Of a stretch of 64,000 nt of DNA, positions 63,537-64,000 are shown in pieces. The position numbers and the translations under genes are program-made. Origin of the DNA: Octopus bimaculoides (lineage: Eukaryota); NCBI RefSeq assembly GCF_001194135.2, contig NC_068984.1, positions 4,734,477 to 4,798,476 of the forward strand. The letters are read 5' to 3'. A model generated the notes under the pieces. The model saw nothing but the letters and a program-made list of their open reading frames with translations, did no database searches and was not told the origin of the DNA. Position 1 is the stretch's first letter, and each line of letters begins with the position of its first letter.

Positions 63537-63605
<69 letters not shown>
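63005..63605 (+). mobile_element. R4/Dong-type RLE LINE 3' end with (TAC)n tail
   Basis: CVGKRVHWDVSRVYGF..YEYEPEAVIENEN*KILWDFAIKTD..EARRPDMI..TTIIPVVIGALGT. (TAC)n at 63537-63605. Confidence 0.85.
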
Positions 63606-63822
63606 ACAAAGAAATGGAAGCCAAAGCCCATCAGATCGAGACCCATCTTGTCAGCAGCATCACGCTGTACGTGAAAATGCGTGTATGTCTGCGCGTGCAG
63701 ATGTGCGCGCGAGACTGTACGATTGTGCATGTATGTATGCATGCATGTACGTATATACCTGTTTATATGTACGTGAAACTGTGTGCCGGTGCGTAGAGAG
63801 AATGTGTGTATGTATTTTGATA

Positions 63823-63856
<34 letters not shown>

Positions 63857-64000
63857 TACACTTATATTTGTAAGAATATCTACCTACCTATATCTATTCA
63901 TGTATTTTCCCCCCTCTCTCTCACTCATTCTCCTCTCTCTCACTCATTCTCCTCTCTCACTTATTCTCTCTCCCTTCTCTCCCTTTCTCTCTATATGTAT

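Overview
Eukaryotic, AT-rich, gapped (N-containing) genomic window, almost entirely non-coding and dominated by repeats. The SINE/LINE complement and microsatellite load look like an octopus (coleoid cephalopod) draft assembly; this assignment is an inference from repeat recognition. I find no intact multi-exon gene, rRNA, tRNA gene or CRISPR array, and most ORF-track entries are artefacts of microsatellites or N gaps. Supported content: (1) two abundant tRNA-headed SINE families plus a third SINE; (2) decayed LINEs (R4/Dong-type RLE, RTE, CR1, probable L1/Tx1); (3) three Penelope-like GIY-YIG remnants; (4) dead mariner, Tigger/pogo and Tc1-like transposons; (5) hAT-, piggyBac- and Helitron-like non-autonomous elements; (6) two 31-33-bp minisatellites; (7) a probable terminal coding exon (1096-1251) and a possible first exon (23424-23469). 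The most notable signal is RNA structure. About ten type I hammerhead-ribozyme (HHR)-like motifs are scattered through the window. Two dispersed copies carry a compensatory G3:C8 core. A 343-bp-period direct repeat (38661-39203) has an HHR at the start of each unit and a highly self-complementary monomer, making it a candidate retrozyme (circular-RNA-producing element). All folding was done by eye and no activity has been tested.
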